Shown here piece after piece: positions 49,019 through 57,868 of a stretch of 64,000 nt of DNA (positions are counted from its first letter, which is position 1; every line of letters starts with the position of its first letter). Location of the stretch: IMG/VR virus record IMGVR_UViG_3300031977_002862, positions 1 to 64,000 of that record; one strand, written 5' to 3'. The notes beneath the pieces are model-generated. The model made no database searches and was not told the DNA's origin. It saw nothing but the letters and a program-made list of their open reading frames with translations. Origin of the DNA: a virus. The translations under genes and the position numbers were made by a program.

Positions 49019-51079
49019 TTAATACTTGTGAACAACAACCTGACCAGCTGCTTCAAAGATCTGGTCGAAACCACGTCTTTGAGTAGCAACCAATACACGG
49101 CGCTGAGCTTCGACTTGATAGTCTTGCTCAACCGTAGCGCCACGCAATACGGGAACTACGAAGTTGCGGGTATTTACAGCAACACCCCATGCAGCATTTT
49201 CAGCTACAGCAGGGAATTCGTCACATACGACTACGGGTGAACCGTAAACCGTACCCAACTCACCCGTTACACGAGTACCAACTTCACCGAGTTCATTAGA
49301 CTTCTGGAAGTCAACATCATCAAGCAGATCGTAGTAAGCATCCAAAGAAATAATGTATACTACATCACCAGGACGACGACCATACTTGCCCATTGCTTGA
49401 CGCATATCTAAAAGCTTAGCTGCCGTGATAGAAATATCGACCGCAGGTGAGCCCAAATCAAGAACCATACCAGAGCCTGAAAGATCTTCAGCACGCTTTA
49501 CAAGACCCTTGTAGCTTGCGGGAGTAGTAATAGAGTCGCCAGAAGCATTACCCATCAAAAGCGAGTGTTCAATCAAACGAGCGTGTGCACGAATCATTGA
49601 CTCACGAATCAAAGGCAATACTGGAATAATTGCGTCTTCCTCTACTTCATTAGCAATGTAAGACTTTGATACCATCTTTTCAACGGTAAGAATCTTGCTT
49701 CCCATTGCAATGCCATCATTAGGAGACGTGCCTGCACGATCTTCTAAGTTGCCGCCAAAGGGATTTTCTGCACCTGAACCTGCAGTGTTACCTGCAGTAG
49801 TAAAGTCTGCATAACCTGCATCGGGCATAGTAGGAATAACCATTGAAGCGGCAGTCATCTGAATCTTACGGAAAAGAGGATCCAAAACAAGCTCAAGCTC
49901 GATGTCACGCTCAATCGCCGTAGAAACAGTAGTTTCAAAAGCTTCAATAGAAGCGGAAGGAACAGAAACGCCTGAATTTTCATTCACAGCCTTTTCAATT
50001 AAAGACTTAGCGAGTTTGTTGTCCCAACCCTTGCGAGAAATAACGCCCAACAAATGAGCATCAACTAAATCAGACTCATGAGTCTTGATAAAATCACGCT
50101 CTTGGCCACGATCAGCAAAGACACGCTTTGACTCACGAATCTTCTCAATTTCAGCAGCTTTTTCCGTCAGCTCACCTTGCAGTTCGCCAATAATTTTTTC
50201 ATAATCAGCATCTTTTTCAGCCATTTTAGCTTCAACGTCAGCCATTAATTTTTCTGTACCGCTAGTTACGGCGGTAACAATACGCTGTTCTTCGTCAGCT
50301 TTCTGAGCTTCAGCTTCGGCAGCAGCTTTTTGTTCTGCTTCCATCTTAGCTTGCTCTTCTGCCTTGCGCTCAGCGTCTTTCATTGCCATTGCAGCCGCAG
50401 TCTTCTCGACAGCAGCGGCTACGATAGCGTCGATATCAATATCGCTCATAGTTTTCTCCTGTGCTTCGACTTGTGATAAGTCTTTTGGCATTGATTCGTC
50501 AGAATGTTTTTCAAACTCAACAGTTACTTTATCTTCGGTCTCCCGAACACTCAGTACATGTTTCTCTTCGGAATCGTTTAATTTGAAAGATTTCTTGAAC
50601 TCTTCGTACTCATTCTCTGAGTCAAAAGATTTCGCAAGAGAAAAGGTTGCAGCCTGGTTAGCAGGAACCGTGACTACCGAAACCTCCAGTAATTCTGCAT
50701 CCTTGATCTTGTATCCATCGGTTTCCGTCATATACTCCGCGTCCTTGACTCGGAAACCAACAGAAAAAGCTCCAAGAACGCCTTCTTTAATCAATTCGCC
50801 TACGTGACCAGCAGATTTAGCAATTTTTGCTTTTAACTGCAGACCATTATCATTCGTACCAAGCTGAACTGCCCGGCCAATCGGCTGATTGTAGTCATGA
50901 TTAAAAAGAATTACAGGGTTATTAAGAAAGTTGTCAAGCCCGCCTTTAGTCCAGGCCTCTGTCTCAATAACATCTCCAACTCGGTCAGTACCATTAGTAC
51001 TGGCCATTCCAGCAATGTGAAGGTCATCGCCCTCATCAAATGCTTTGAAAGTGGAGCCAATATGAAAAATTTTATTCAC
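49019..51079 (-). CDS. Fused HK97-type prohead protease + major capsid protein
   Basis: N-terminal protease (GMAST...DRVGD, NPVILFNHD, FSVGF, ELLEVSVVTVPAN), then coiled-coil scaffold and HK97-fold capsid (EVEEDAIIP.LPLIRESM, G.VYGSPVVV). Confidence 0.93.
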   Translation of the reverse strand: MNKIFHIGSTFKAFDEGDDLHIAGMASTNGTDRVGDVIETEAWTKGGLDNFLNNPVILFNHDYNQPIGRAVQLGTNDNGLQLKAKIAKSAGHVGELIKEGVLGAFSVGFRVKDAEYMTETDGYKIKDAELLEVSVVTVPANQAATFSLAKSFDSENEYEEFKKSFKLNDSEEKHVLSVRETEDKVTVEFEKHSDESMPKDLSQVEAQEKTMSDIDIDAIVAAAVEKTAAAMAMKDAERKAEEQAKMEAEQKAAAEAEAQKADEEQRIVTAVTSGTEKLMADVEAKMAEKDADYEKIIGELQGELTEKAAEIEKIRESKRVFADRGQERDFIKTHESDLVDAHLLGVISRKGWDNKLAKSLIEKAVNENSGVSVPSASIEAFETTVSTAIERDIELELVLDPLFRKIQMTAASMVIPTMPDAGYADFTTAGNTAGSGAENPFGGNLEDRAGTSPNDGIAMGSKILTVEKMVSKSYIANEVEEDAIIPVLPLIRESMIRAHARLIEHSLLMGNASGDSITTPASYKGLVKRAEDLSGSGMVLDLGSPAVDISITAAKLLDMRQAMGKYGRRPGDVVYIISLDAYYDLLDDVDFQKSNELGEVGTRVTGELGTVYGSPVVVCDEFPAVAENAAWGVAVNTRNFVVPVLRGATVEQDYQVEAQRRVLVATQRRGFDQIFEAAGQVVVHKY

Positions 51080-51401
51080 TTGATTCTCCTCTTGCGGTAC
51101 GAAGTTTCTCTAAAGGAGAAAGTTCGTCTCTGGGAGCTTCTACTGGCTCCGCTTTTGGAACCGGAGCTGGTTCCAGTTTTTTAGTGGCTGGCTTTGCAGC
51201 GGTCTGCTTTTCGTATTCTCGAAGAGCCGATACTCGAATTCTATTCCAACCAGATCCAGGAAACGCCCTTACTAAAAGTCCTCTATCAAACCCTAGATCT
51301 GCGTCTGGTACAAGACGAAACTCTCTTGAGGTCATTTTCTTCTGTCCTCTTTCAGTTAAAAGTTTCCCTAATTTAAAAAGAAGTTCTGATTTACTTGCCA
51401 T
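51072..51401 (-). CDS. Small head-associated protein between portal and protease
   Basis: Position of the T5 pb10 decoration gene; P/A/E/K-rich linker; C-terminal ELSPLEKLR. Confidence 0.55.
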   Translation of the reverse strand: MASKSELLFKLGKLLTERGQKKMTSREFRLVPDADLGFDRGLLVRAFPGSGWNRIRVSALREYEKQTAAKPATKKLEPAPVPKAEPVEAPRDELSPLEKLRTARGESSE

Positions 51402-51449
51402 ATTTATTCCTTCTCTAAAGCTTCTTTATTTACTTCAAAAGTAAAGCAT

Positions 51450-52646
51450 TTACTGATCTGACCCATCATCTGCTGGCCTACCTCCTTCTGTTGGATTGGC
51501 TGCTGATCCTGCAATATTTGCAGGTACTCGAAGCTCGCCTGCCCCAAACTGTTCATCATAATTTAATGCCTCTCTTGCTTCATTCGGAGTAATAATTCCT
51601 GTATTTACAAGAGTGGCGTAATATGCGGCAGCATCTCGAAGTTCTGGCTGAAGTGCGGGAATATTACTCACGTCTTCAGTAATTTCATATCCGAAAAATC
51701 TCTCTAAGCCATAGTTAATCTTTCGGATAATCGGTAAAACCGTTTCTAAATAGTAAAGTCGATGATTTGGGCGAATGTTTGCATTATTCCCAGAATCAAG
51801 CATAATAGGTGGAACACCTAACACCTTTAAGATTTCTTTTTCGGCAGTTTCAATAGACTGCTCAAAATCAAGTTCTCTAAAGTTGACATTTGAAAGTGCG
51901 TCTAAGTCCATTCCTCCATCTAAGATCAGAGGTCTTCTTCCCCCACCATCTGGACGATAACGAGTCATCCAGGATTGAATCATTCTTTCTTTGTTCTTCT
52001 CACTTATGACCGCCGGAGACTTAAGAACCAACCCAGGAACTGCACCGTTCTTAAAGAAATTATCTTGAAATTCTCGCATACGAGTAAGCTGAGACATAAT
52101 GCGACGAGCCGCTCTTAGTCTGCTGGTTCCTCTATAAATGCTATGAAAGGAGTTTTCTTTTACGTGGATAATTTCTGAGGGAGAGTAGTCAATACTCTTC
52201 TGGAAAGTAAACTTTTGTATATAAGTTTTCTTATCTGGTTCAATGTCTGTGTAAACAGCAGGTAAATGGTAGAGATGCGCCCCATCAAAGTAGACAAAAA
52301 TATTTCCATCAAGTATATAATCGATAATGAGGTTTCGCTTAAAGGTGGAAATATCTTGAAAAGGATTCGGCTCTTTATTCAGTAGCAACTGAACTCTTGA
52401 ACGTCTTACTCCTTTTGCAACCGAATTCAGTCCCTGAATTGGTTCGCCTACCCGAAGGGGGATCTCAGCCGTGTCGTCAACAATCATATTAACGGCACGA
52501 TTCACAACTTCTAAATATTCATAGTATGCTGTATAATTAGTCGGAAGCTCACGAGAACCTATAGGCCCTGCACCTTCGAGACTAACTACAATCTCTTCCT
52601 GGGCTGGGTTGAGCTTTTCTTTCTGCCAGAAATTATACCATGCCAT
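51450..52646 (-). CDS. Portal protein (HK97/T5 pb7-like)
   Basis: PNPFQD, DYILDGN, FFKNGAVPG, LDGG, LGVPP, GIITPNEARE. Confidence 0.93.
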   Translation of the reverse strand: MAWYNFWQKEKLNPAQEEIVVSLEGAGPIGSRELPTNYTAYYEYLEVVNRAVNMIVDDTAEIPLRVGEPIQGLNSVAKGVRRSRVQLLLNKEPNPFQDISTFKRNLIIDYILDGNIFVYFDGAHLYHLPAVYTDIEPDKKTYIQKFTFQKSIDYSPSEIIHVKENSFHSIYRGTSRLRAARRIMSQLTRMREFQDNFFKNGAVPGLVLKSPAVISEKNKERMIQSWMTRYRPDGGGRRPLILDGGMDLDALSNVNFRELDFEQSIETAEKEILKVLGVPPIMLDSGNNANIRPNHRLYYLETVLPIIRKINYGLERFFGYEITEDVSNIPALQPELRDAAAYYATLVNTGIITPNEAREALNYDEQFGAGELRVPANIAGSAANPTEGGRPADDGSDQ

Positions 52647-53016
52647 GTTTTTCTCGTTGAATCTCTACCCAGCGCATTTGCTTCATTGCTGTGTGAAGCG
52701 GCGGATTGCGCCCATAAATACTATGCAGCTTTAGATGGTGCTCATGGCACAAAGTAACTGTATCGTTATACAGTTCTTGCCAATTATCCTCGATAAACTC
52801 GTCTCTCCAGATTGTAATGTATTCATCTGTGTAATGTTCTGGACGAAGTTTTTTCTTCTCTTCTATCCACTTATGATACAATGGAGCCAGTGTATAGAAA
52901 TGATGAAAGTCGAGTCTTACCTTTGCATCGCAAATCTCACAAGCATCGCCTTTTTCATATTTCGCTTTGGCTTTGTCTCTGATATACTTGATCGGGTCGC
53001 GTTTTAGCTGTGCCAT
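52633..53016 (-). CDS. HNH-type nicking endonuclease (T5-like, between portal and terminase)
   Basis: KYIRD.AK..Y.K, CEIC, LDFHH, TLCHEHHLKLHSIYG. Confidence 0.85.
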   Translation of the reverse strand: MAQLKRDPIKYIRDKAKAKYEKGDACEICDAKVRLDFHHFYTLAPLYHKWIEEKKKLRPEHYTDEYITIWRDEFIEDNWQELYNDTVTLCHEHHLKLHSIYGRNPPLHTAMKQMRWVEIQREKHGMV

Positions 53017-53024
53017 TTTTATAA

Positions 53025-53053
53025 ATTATACTGAGAGGTTAGTTGAAAGTCAA
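53025..53053 (-). promoter_or_regulatory. sigma70 promoter for the nicking endonuclease/portal/capsid operon
   Basis: Minus strand AAAAAATAATTC-TTGACT-17 bp-TATAAT. Confidence 0.85.
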
Positions 53054-53073
53054 GAATTATTTTTTCTTCGGAT

Positions 53074-54357
53074 TTAAAATGTCGGAGCGTTCTCTTGAAA
53101 GCTATAAAGAGCGTATCGTAATGCGTCAGCCATATGAGAAGAAGAATCGTGTACAGGTTTCTCTTTGATTAAGTTCGGATTTGGATCCCACCGATATTGG
53201 TCGAGAGATCGAAGAACTTCTACACACGAAGAATCAACGATAAGCCGATCATTGTCAATAAGGGAAGCTACGTGGCCAATCCCATCCACAACAGATTTTT
53301 TGGCGTTAATGGTTGAAATGTCATATTGTTGAGCAAAGTCAAAACGTGTTTGTGCTGCTGCTGCGTCGATAAAGCAATAGTCGACTTCTCGTCGATCAAT
53401 GATTTCTGCAAGATATCCGGCATGTTCCTCCGTTGTGCGCTCCGCGGCATAATACTCTTCCATGAGATAGTATTTATCTCCGTCGAAAGCAATTACGCAC
53501 AGTGCTGTGGGGTCTTTAAATCCTACGTCGAGCCCCGATATTATATCCATCCCCCTAAAATCCATTTCGGACAGATCTTGCACACAGTCTTCATAATTGA
53601 AGTTCCAAATCTGTCCTTCGAATACGTTAAAGTCTGCCTCGTATTCTTGTGCAAACTCGGCTTGTGACATTGAGCGCCGAGCTTCTGCAATATCTTCTTC
53701 TGATGCTCTTGGATTATCCTCCCAAGTAGCTTTTATGCTGGCCCATTCAGCAAATTCATCAGTATAGCCCCGATTATAAAAACGACTGAACCAATTGTTA
53801 CGACCCCGAGGAGTGCTAATAAATAAAGCCTTACTACCCGGTTTATCGAGTGTGGGTCGGATGGCAACATTGAAGGCAGTTTCTCCATCCGCCAAAGCCG
53901 CTTCATCGAAGAGAACAAAGTCATATGAACGTCCTACTACTGAATCAATTTGATTTACAGAACCGAGTCGAATTGTTGAGCCGTTTGTCAGTTCAATTAC
54001 ACGGTCCTTCGCATTATCTCGTGCAACTTCAAGGTCAAAGTGTTTTATAAGATTGCGTTGAAGGTCAAACGATATGTTACTAAGGTTATAATTAGGGCTA
54101 ACAATAAGTACATGGCATCCTGGAACGAGGGCGACGCATTGGGCAATAATATTTCCGATATACGTCTTCCCTTGACGACGACTAAGAGCAGCGACAATAA
54201 AGCGATACTTGCTAGAATTAATTGCATTGATGAGAGCCATCTGCGATGGAATTGCAGTAATTCCGAGCAGCTCAAGGTACGACTCAATCGGTACCTTTAG
54301 GAATGATCCTCCGTCGAGGATTCTGTCGTCGATGATGTCTCTTCTACTGAGTTCCAT
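53074..54357 (-). CDS. terL: Terminase large subunit (T5-like)
   Basis: SRRQGKT, GRSYDFVLFDEAA, ISTPRG, GLDVG..D, HMADALRY. Confidence 0.95.
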   Translation of the reverse strand: MELSRRDIIDDRILDGGSFLKVPIESYLELLGITAIPSQMALINAINSSKYRFIVAALSRRQGKTYIGNIIAQCVALVPGCHVLIVSPNYNLSNISFDLQRNLIKHFDLEVARDNAKDRVIELTNGSTIRLGSVNQIDSVVGRSYDFVLFDEAALADGETAFNVAIRPTLDKPGSKALFISTPRGRNNWFSRFYNRGYTDEFAEWASIKATWEDNPRASEEDIAEARRSMSQAEFAQEYEADFNVFEGQIWNFNYEDCVQDLSEMDFRGMDIISGLDVGFKDPTALCVIAFDGDKYYLMEEYYAAERTTEEHAGYLAEIIDRREVDYCFIDAAAAQTRFDFAQQYDISTINAKKSVVDGIGHVASLIDNDRLIVDSSCVEVLRSLDQYRWDPNPNLIKEKPVHDSSSHMADALRYALYSFQENAPTF

Positions 54358-54578
54358 TCTTCTTCACACTCACATGGGTCGCAATCACACTCTTCACAAA
54401 TCTTGTGCCCTCTTAATCTTTCTAATGGGCTTAATTCCTCAGAAAGCTGAACAACCTCGGGAATTTCTTTAGGGGGAAGGTGTAAATGTTCTGCTTCTGC
54501 TTTTTCCGCCTCTTTATAGCTGTGAAACTTTTGTGGAAGATATGTACTTTTCCACATTCCTCTTTTTTGATAAATCAT
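54297..54578 (-). CDS. Small hypothetical protein with a Cys-rich motif
   Basis: Likely ATG at 54578 overlapping the upstream stop; ELSPLERLR and CEECDCDPCEC. Confidence 0.55.
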   Translation of the reverse strand: MIYQKRGMWKSTYLPQKFHSYKEAEKAEAEHLHLPPKEIPEVVQLSEELSPLERLRGHKICEECDCDPCECEEEWNSVEETSSTTESSTEDHS

Positions 54579-54808
54579 AGAACATTTCCTGCAGCAACCA
54601 TTCCCGCTAAAAAGAGAATGACTGCTCCTCCGCCTGCCCAAACGAGACGATGTAGAGATTGAACCGAAAGTTTGACTTCAGCCCATCGTTCCTTTGACTC
54701 TTCCTTTCCTTCTCGAAGTTCGTTAAATATTGTTCTCCATCTCTCTTCGCACACAGCTTCGTGCTGTAGAAAGGCGCTCTTCAAATCATTCAGATCCTGG
54801 TTGTCCAC
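54575..54808 (-). CDS. Small membrane protein (XhlA/holin-like coiled coil + C-terminal TM)
   Basis: HEAVCEERW coiled coil; C-terminal hydrophobic LVWAGGGAVILFLAGMV. Confidence 0.6.
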   Translation of the reverse strand: MDNQDLNDLKSAFLQHEAVCEERWRTIFNELREGKEESKERWAEVKLSVQSLHRLVWAGGGAVILFLAGMVAAGNVL

Positions 54809-55226
54809 CTAAAAGTTTCTCCATTAATTTTCCGTAATTTCCTTCACCAAATGGAGAGTTGATCTGCACGTTCTGCTGTTTGATATTCGTAGTCGCTTTT
54901 GCTTCTTTTGAATGATCTGTGGAGATTTTGTGTGCGAGAGCAATTATATCTACAAGGTCTTTACTGGAATACTGGTCGGAGTCGCGTGCTTCTTGAATTT
55001 TATTCTCAATTACTTCGTCAAGAAGCTCAGCGAGCCGAAAGCGGTTTCTGTAACCCTGGTCGAGGTAGACCGAGTTGATATATTCTTTGACTTCGTTCTT
55101 TTCAAGTATTTCGTAAACTTTATCTGGCGGGATACCCATCTCAGTTGCGACAGCGATCGCGTTGCCGGTGCTCAGATAAGCATTCGCAACCTCAACATTT
55201 TCCGGAGCCATTTTTACGAGTTTCAT
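54786..55226 (-). CDS. terS: Terminase small subunit (T5-like)
   Basis: ATG at 55226; PE..EVANAYL, EVKEYI..VYLD.GYRNR, SSKDL.DI, GNYGKLMEKLL. Confidence 0.88.
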   Translation of the reverse strand: MKLVKMAPENVEVANAYLSTGNAIAVATEMGIPPDKVYEILEKNEVKEYINSVYLDQGYRNRFRLAELLDEVIENKIQEARDSDQYSSKDLVDIIALAHKISTDHSKEAKATTNIKQQNVQINSPFGEGNYGKLMEKLLGGQPGSE

Positions 55227-55233
55227 AGACTTA

Positions 55234-55262
55234 AGTATAGACCGATAAGACCAAAAAGTCAA
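55234..55262 (-). promoter_or_regulatory. sigma70 promoter for terS
   Basis: Minus strand TTGACT-17 bp-TATACT with an upstream A tract. Confidence 0.8.
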
Positions 55263-55271
55263 GAACTTTTT

Positions 55272-55640
55272 TTAGCTTGGAGTTCTCCAACGAATTAGTT
55301 CTACCTCATTTTGCATTGAAGACTCCATCAATCTATCAATAATAAGATTCTTTTGAGACTGAATTTGAGCCGGTGCCTGAGCCTCACACCACTCCAGTAG
55401 CATTTCTTCTGTAATGTCTTCATAAGCAATATAAGGGCTGGAAGTTACTTCAGATAAATCTAATCCGATTATGCAGCCTCCCTCTATGGGGGCTAGTCCT
55501 GGTGCTGAACCTTTCAATCCATAACAGACTTGAAAGATTACCTCACTTTGAGTATCTCCATCAGCCGTATAATAACTATTATACTTTCGTACATATTCAA
55601 CCCACCTTTCGATGGTAATATCATTTATTTGTAAATACAT
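55272..55640 (-). CDS. Hypothetical protein, possible adhesin chaperone/adaptor
   Basis: YIAYEDITEEMLLEW motif typical of small fibre-associated phage proteins. Confidence 0.5.
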   Translation of the reverse strand: MYLQINDITIERWVEYVRKYNSYYTADGDTQSEVIFQVCYGLKGSAPGLAPIEGGCIIGLDLSEVTSSPYIAYEDITEEMLLEWCEAQAPAQIQSQKNLIIDRLMESSMQNEVELIRWRTPS

Positions 55641-55649
55641 AAAAATTCC

Positions 55650-57137
55650 TTAGGTAAAATAATTTACTAAAACCGTATTCATTTCTTCTGGCACATTCAT
55701 TGCGAACGTTTTTGAACTACCTATCCAGTCACTCGGCACCTCTGTTAACCAAGAAACCTGCCATCTCTGTTTATCCCCACAGTTCGAAAAACTAGCCATT
55801 CTACGATTATGGTAGTTACCTCCATCAATGTTTCCTAAATCCGCATTGTCCCAAGTATAGCTTATTCCGCTATCTGCTATAACTAAGTAGTCTTCGACGG
55901 ACGTTATTTCTGAAAGGTTTGCGCTATTCCAGGATTTATGAACAAGAGTTTGAGAACTCGAATTGTTCTCAAAAAGGGGAGACTTTCCATCATCCCAGTT
56001 TGTTACATAATCAAAAGAAAATACTACCCAGTCTCCTGCTTTAATATCATGGCCTCCTACAGGTCCAGAGGTGAAGCTATAAGCTGATTGATAACTTACA
56101 AAATATTCGGTATATCCATTATCAGTAACCATCATAGCTCTATTATTTGTGGATACATAGTCTAAAAAAGCTCCTGTAGATCCGTTATACGCTCTGTAAT
56201 AACTTTGAAGTACAAAAGGCCCTGCTGTTGCATTTCGAAACTCTCCGATTGAAATGGTTGTGCCAGGAGTTTTATTTATTCCATCTCCACCATCATAGGT
56301 TGAATCGGTTGCTCGAATCGCTCGAAAATCGGCATCGTTCAAACTACAAGTGGTTTGACTTACTGTCGAAGTTTTTGATACGTTAATATGAATTGAATTC
56401 ATGCTTAAATTGGTGGTTTGTAGAGGCGCTCTTTGAGATCCTGAAATAACACACATTTTTATCTTGATAGTTTTTCCGAGCGAGTAAAGAAATTTCCATG
56501 CTGCGAACCAGTTATCAAAATTAGCGTCACAACGAATAAAAGACTTTTCTCCGTCTCCCCCAGTTAATCCATTTGTACAAGTTGCGTTTTTTGAAAATAA
56601 ATATTCCCAGTTATAATTATCGGAGATACTTTGTTGATACGGAGATTCCGAATTGAGGGTGGTATCGAGAGTAACTTCTATCACGTCATTTAAAGCAACA
56701 TTATTTCCATAATAGTAAAAAGAACCCGGTGAAGGAGTTCCATCGAAATAAAGAGTTAATTGAAAGTCAGAAGATCCGGTTGCAGCAGTACCGTCCCAAG
56801 TTACTGTAGTTTGTGCATCAATACCAGAGGTAAAAGGATTGGACATCGAGGCCCACGTGTACTGAGTACGAGTGGGACTACTTAAGGTACTAGCTGTGGC
56901 AGCAGTTCTATTTAAAGTGGTGCTGCCAATAGTAATACTCGTCCATTCTGTATTTGAAGAATAACTTCCTGCAAGTGTAAAGTATGGCGTTCCGGTGGCC
57001 CACTTTACTTCTAATATTTCTGGTTGTCCGGTTATATTAAATATATTATTACTTATATAACCATAACTTCCTAGATCGCTGTAACCGTAAGTAGTTGTAC
57101 TGGTATTTGTAACAATCGCACTATCAATCTGTGCCAT
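55650..57137 (-). CDS. Putative receptor-binding protein/adhesin (position of T5 pb5)
   Basis: Position next to terS; S/T/G/Y/W-rich; internal LSMNSIH...SLNDADFR...TISIGEF segment resembling adhesin anchor domains. Confidence 0.5.
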   Translation of the reverse strand: MAQIDSAIVTNTSTTTYGYSDLGSYGYISNNIFNITGQPEILEVKWATGTPYFTLAGSYSSNTEWTSITIGSTTLNRTAATASTLSSPTRTQYTWASMSNPFTSGIDAQTTVTWDGTAATGSSDFQLTLYFDGTPSPGSFYYYGNNVALNDVIEVTLDTTLNSESPYQQSISDNYNWEYLFSKNATCTNGLTGGDGEKSFIRCDANFDNWFAAWKFLYSLGKTIKIKMCVISGSQRAPLQTTNLSMNSIHINVSKTSTVSQTTCSLNDADFRAIRATDSTYDGGDGINKTPGTTISIGEFRNATAGPFVLQSYYRAYNGSTGAFLDYVSTNNRAMMVTDNGYTEYFVSYQSAYSFTSGPVGGHDIKAGDWVVFSFDYVTNWDDGKSPLFENNSSSQTLVHKSWNSANLSEITSVEDYLVIADSGISYTWDNADLGNIDGGNYHNRRMASFSNCGDKQRWQVSWLTEVPSDWIGSSKTFAMNVPEEMNTVLVNYFT

Positions 57138-57324
57138 TTTGCTGCTCGAATAAAACTATGTGATCTAGTTTTGCTTGATCTATAATCTGCTGGATATGGT
57201 CTTCAGAAGTAAGAGTCTGAAAAGGCAATACAATAGTACATAACCCAACTATTGGAGAATCATATTCAAATTCTATTCTTCCTTCTTTTGTAAGAGTGTA
57301 TGGAGTCATTTTCCTCTTTTCCAA
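57124..57324 (-). CDS. Small hypothetical protein
   Basis: Overlaps both neighbours in the operon. Confidence 0.5.
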   Translation of the reverse strand: MEKRKMTPYTLTKEGRIEFEYDSPIVGLCTIVLPFQTLTSEDHIQQIIDQAKLDHIVLFEQQNGTD

Positions 57325-57788
57325 AGTTCGCTGCCGTTAGGGTTTGTGGTGGGCATCTTTTGCCATTTTGAGTTTAATGTTTGAGCTTTTTCAGAATCGG
57401 GCAAAACTATGTTTATATCTACAATTCCCCAATCTGAGCGATAAAGAAGCCACTTCCCCATTTCTGAGCTTGATGCGAGAAGCTCTCCGGTGTCTCTGTA
57501 GTCGGGATGAACAATCATACCTCGAATCGAGTAAGTTGCTAAGGTTTCATACATTCCCGTAATAATTACTACGGGTGTGTTAGTTTCGATTTTTGTAAGA
57601 ATGCAGGGAGCCCATAAGTTTTCTCGGGGCCCACGATTGACTTCCCAAGCACGGAATTCTTCGGCATGGTCTAAAATATCTTGTGGACTAAAAATAAATT
57701 CGGGAGCATCTACAATACAGCTTTCGATCCAGGTTCGATCGGCTTCTGTGGGAAGATGCCAGCGATAATTGTCAATATCGTATTGCAT
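57306..57788 (-). CDS. GNAT-like acetyltransferase-fold protein
   Basis: ATG at 57788 with SD GGAG; motif A-like IRGMIVHPDYRDTG. Confidence 0.55.
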   Translation of the reverse strand: MQYDIDNYRWHLPTEADRTWIESCIVDAPEFIFSPQDILDHAEEFRAWEVNRGPRENLWAPCILTKIETNTPVVIITGMYETLATYSIRGMIVHPDYRDTGELLASSSEMGKWLLYRSDWGIVDINIVLPDSEKAQTLNSKWQKMPTTNPNGSELWKRGK

Positions 57789-57807
57789 AGAACTCTCCAA
57801 AAGATAT

Positions 57808-57836
57808 ATTCTAATTTACTCGAAGGTAAAAGTCAA
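57808..57836 (-). promoter_or_regulatory. sigma70 promoter for the GNAT/adhesin operon
   Basis: Minus strand TTGACT-17 bp-TAGAAT. Confidence 0.75.
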
Positions 57837-57868
57837 GAAAAATTTTTGGGAGAAGGTGTGGAAAAGAC

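Noticed and set aside
980-54300. Numerous short antisense or alternate-frame ORFs in the track (e.g. 11217-11699, 42218-42631, 50364-50807)
   Set aside because: They are shadows of well-supported genes with no SD, motif or promoter support.
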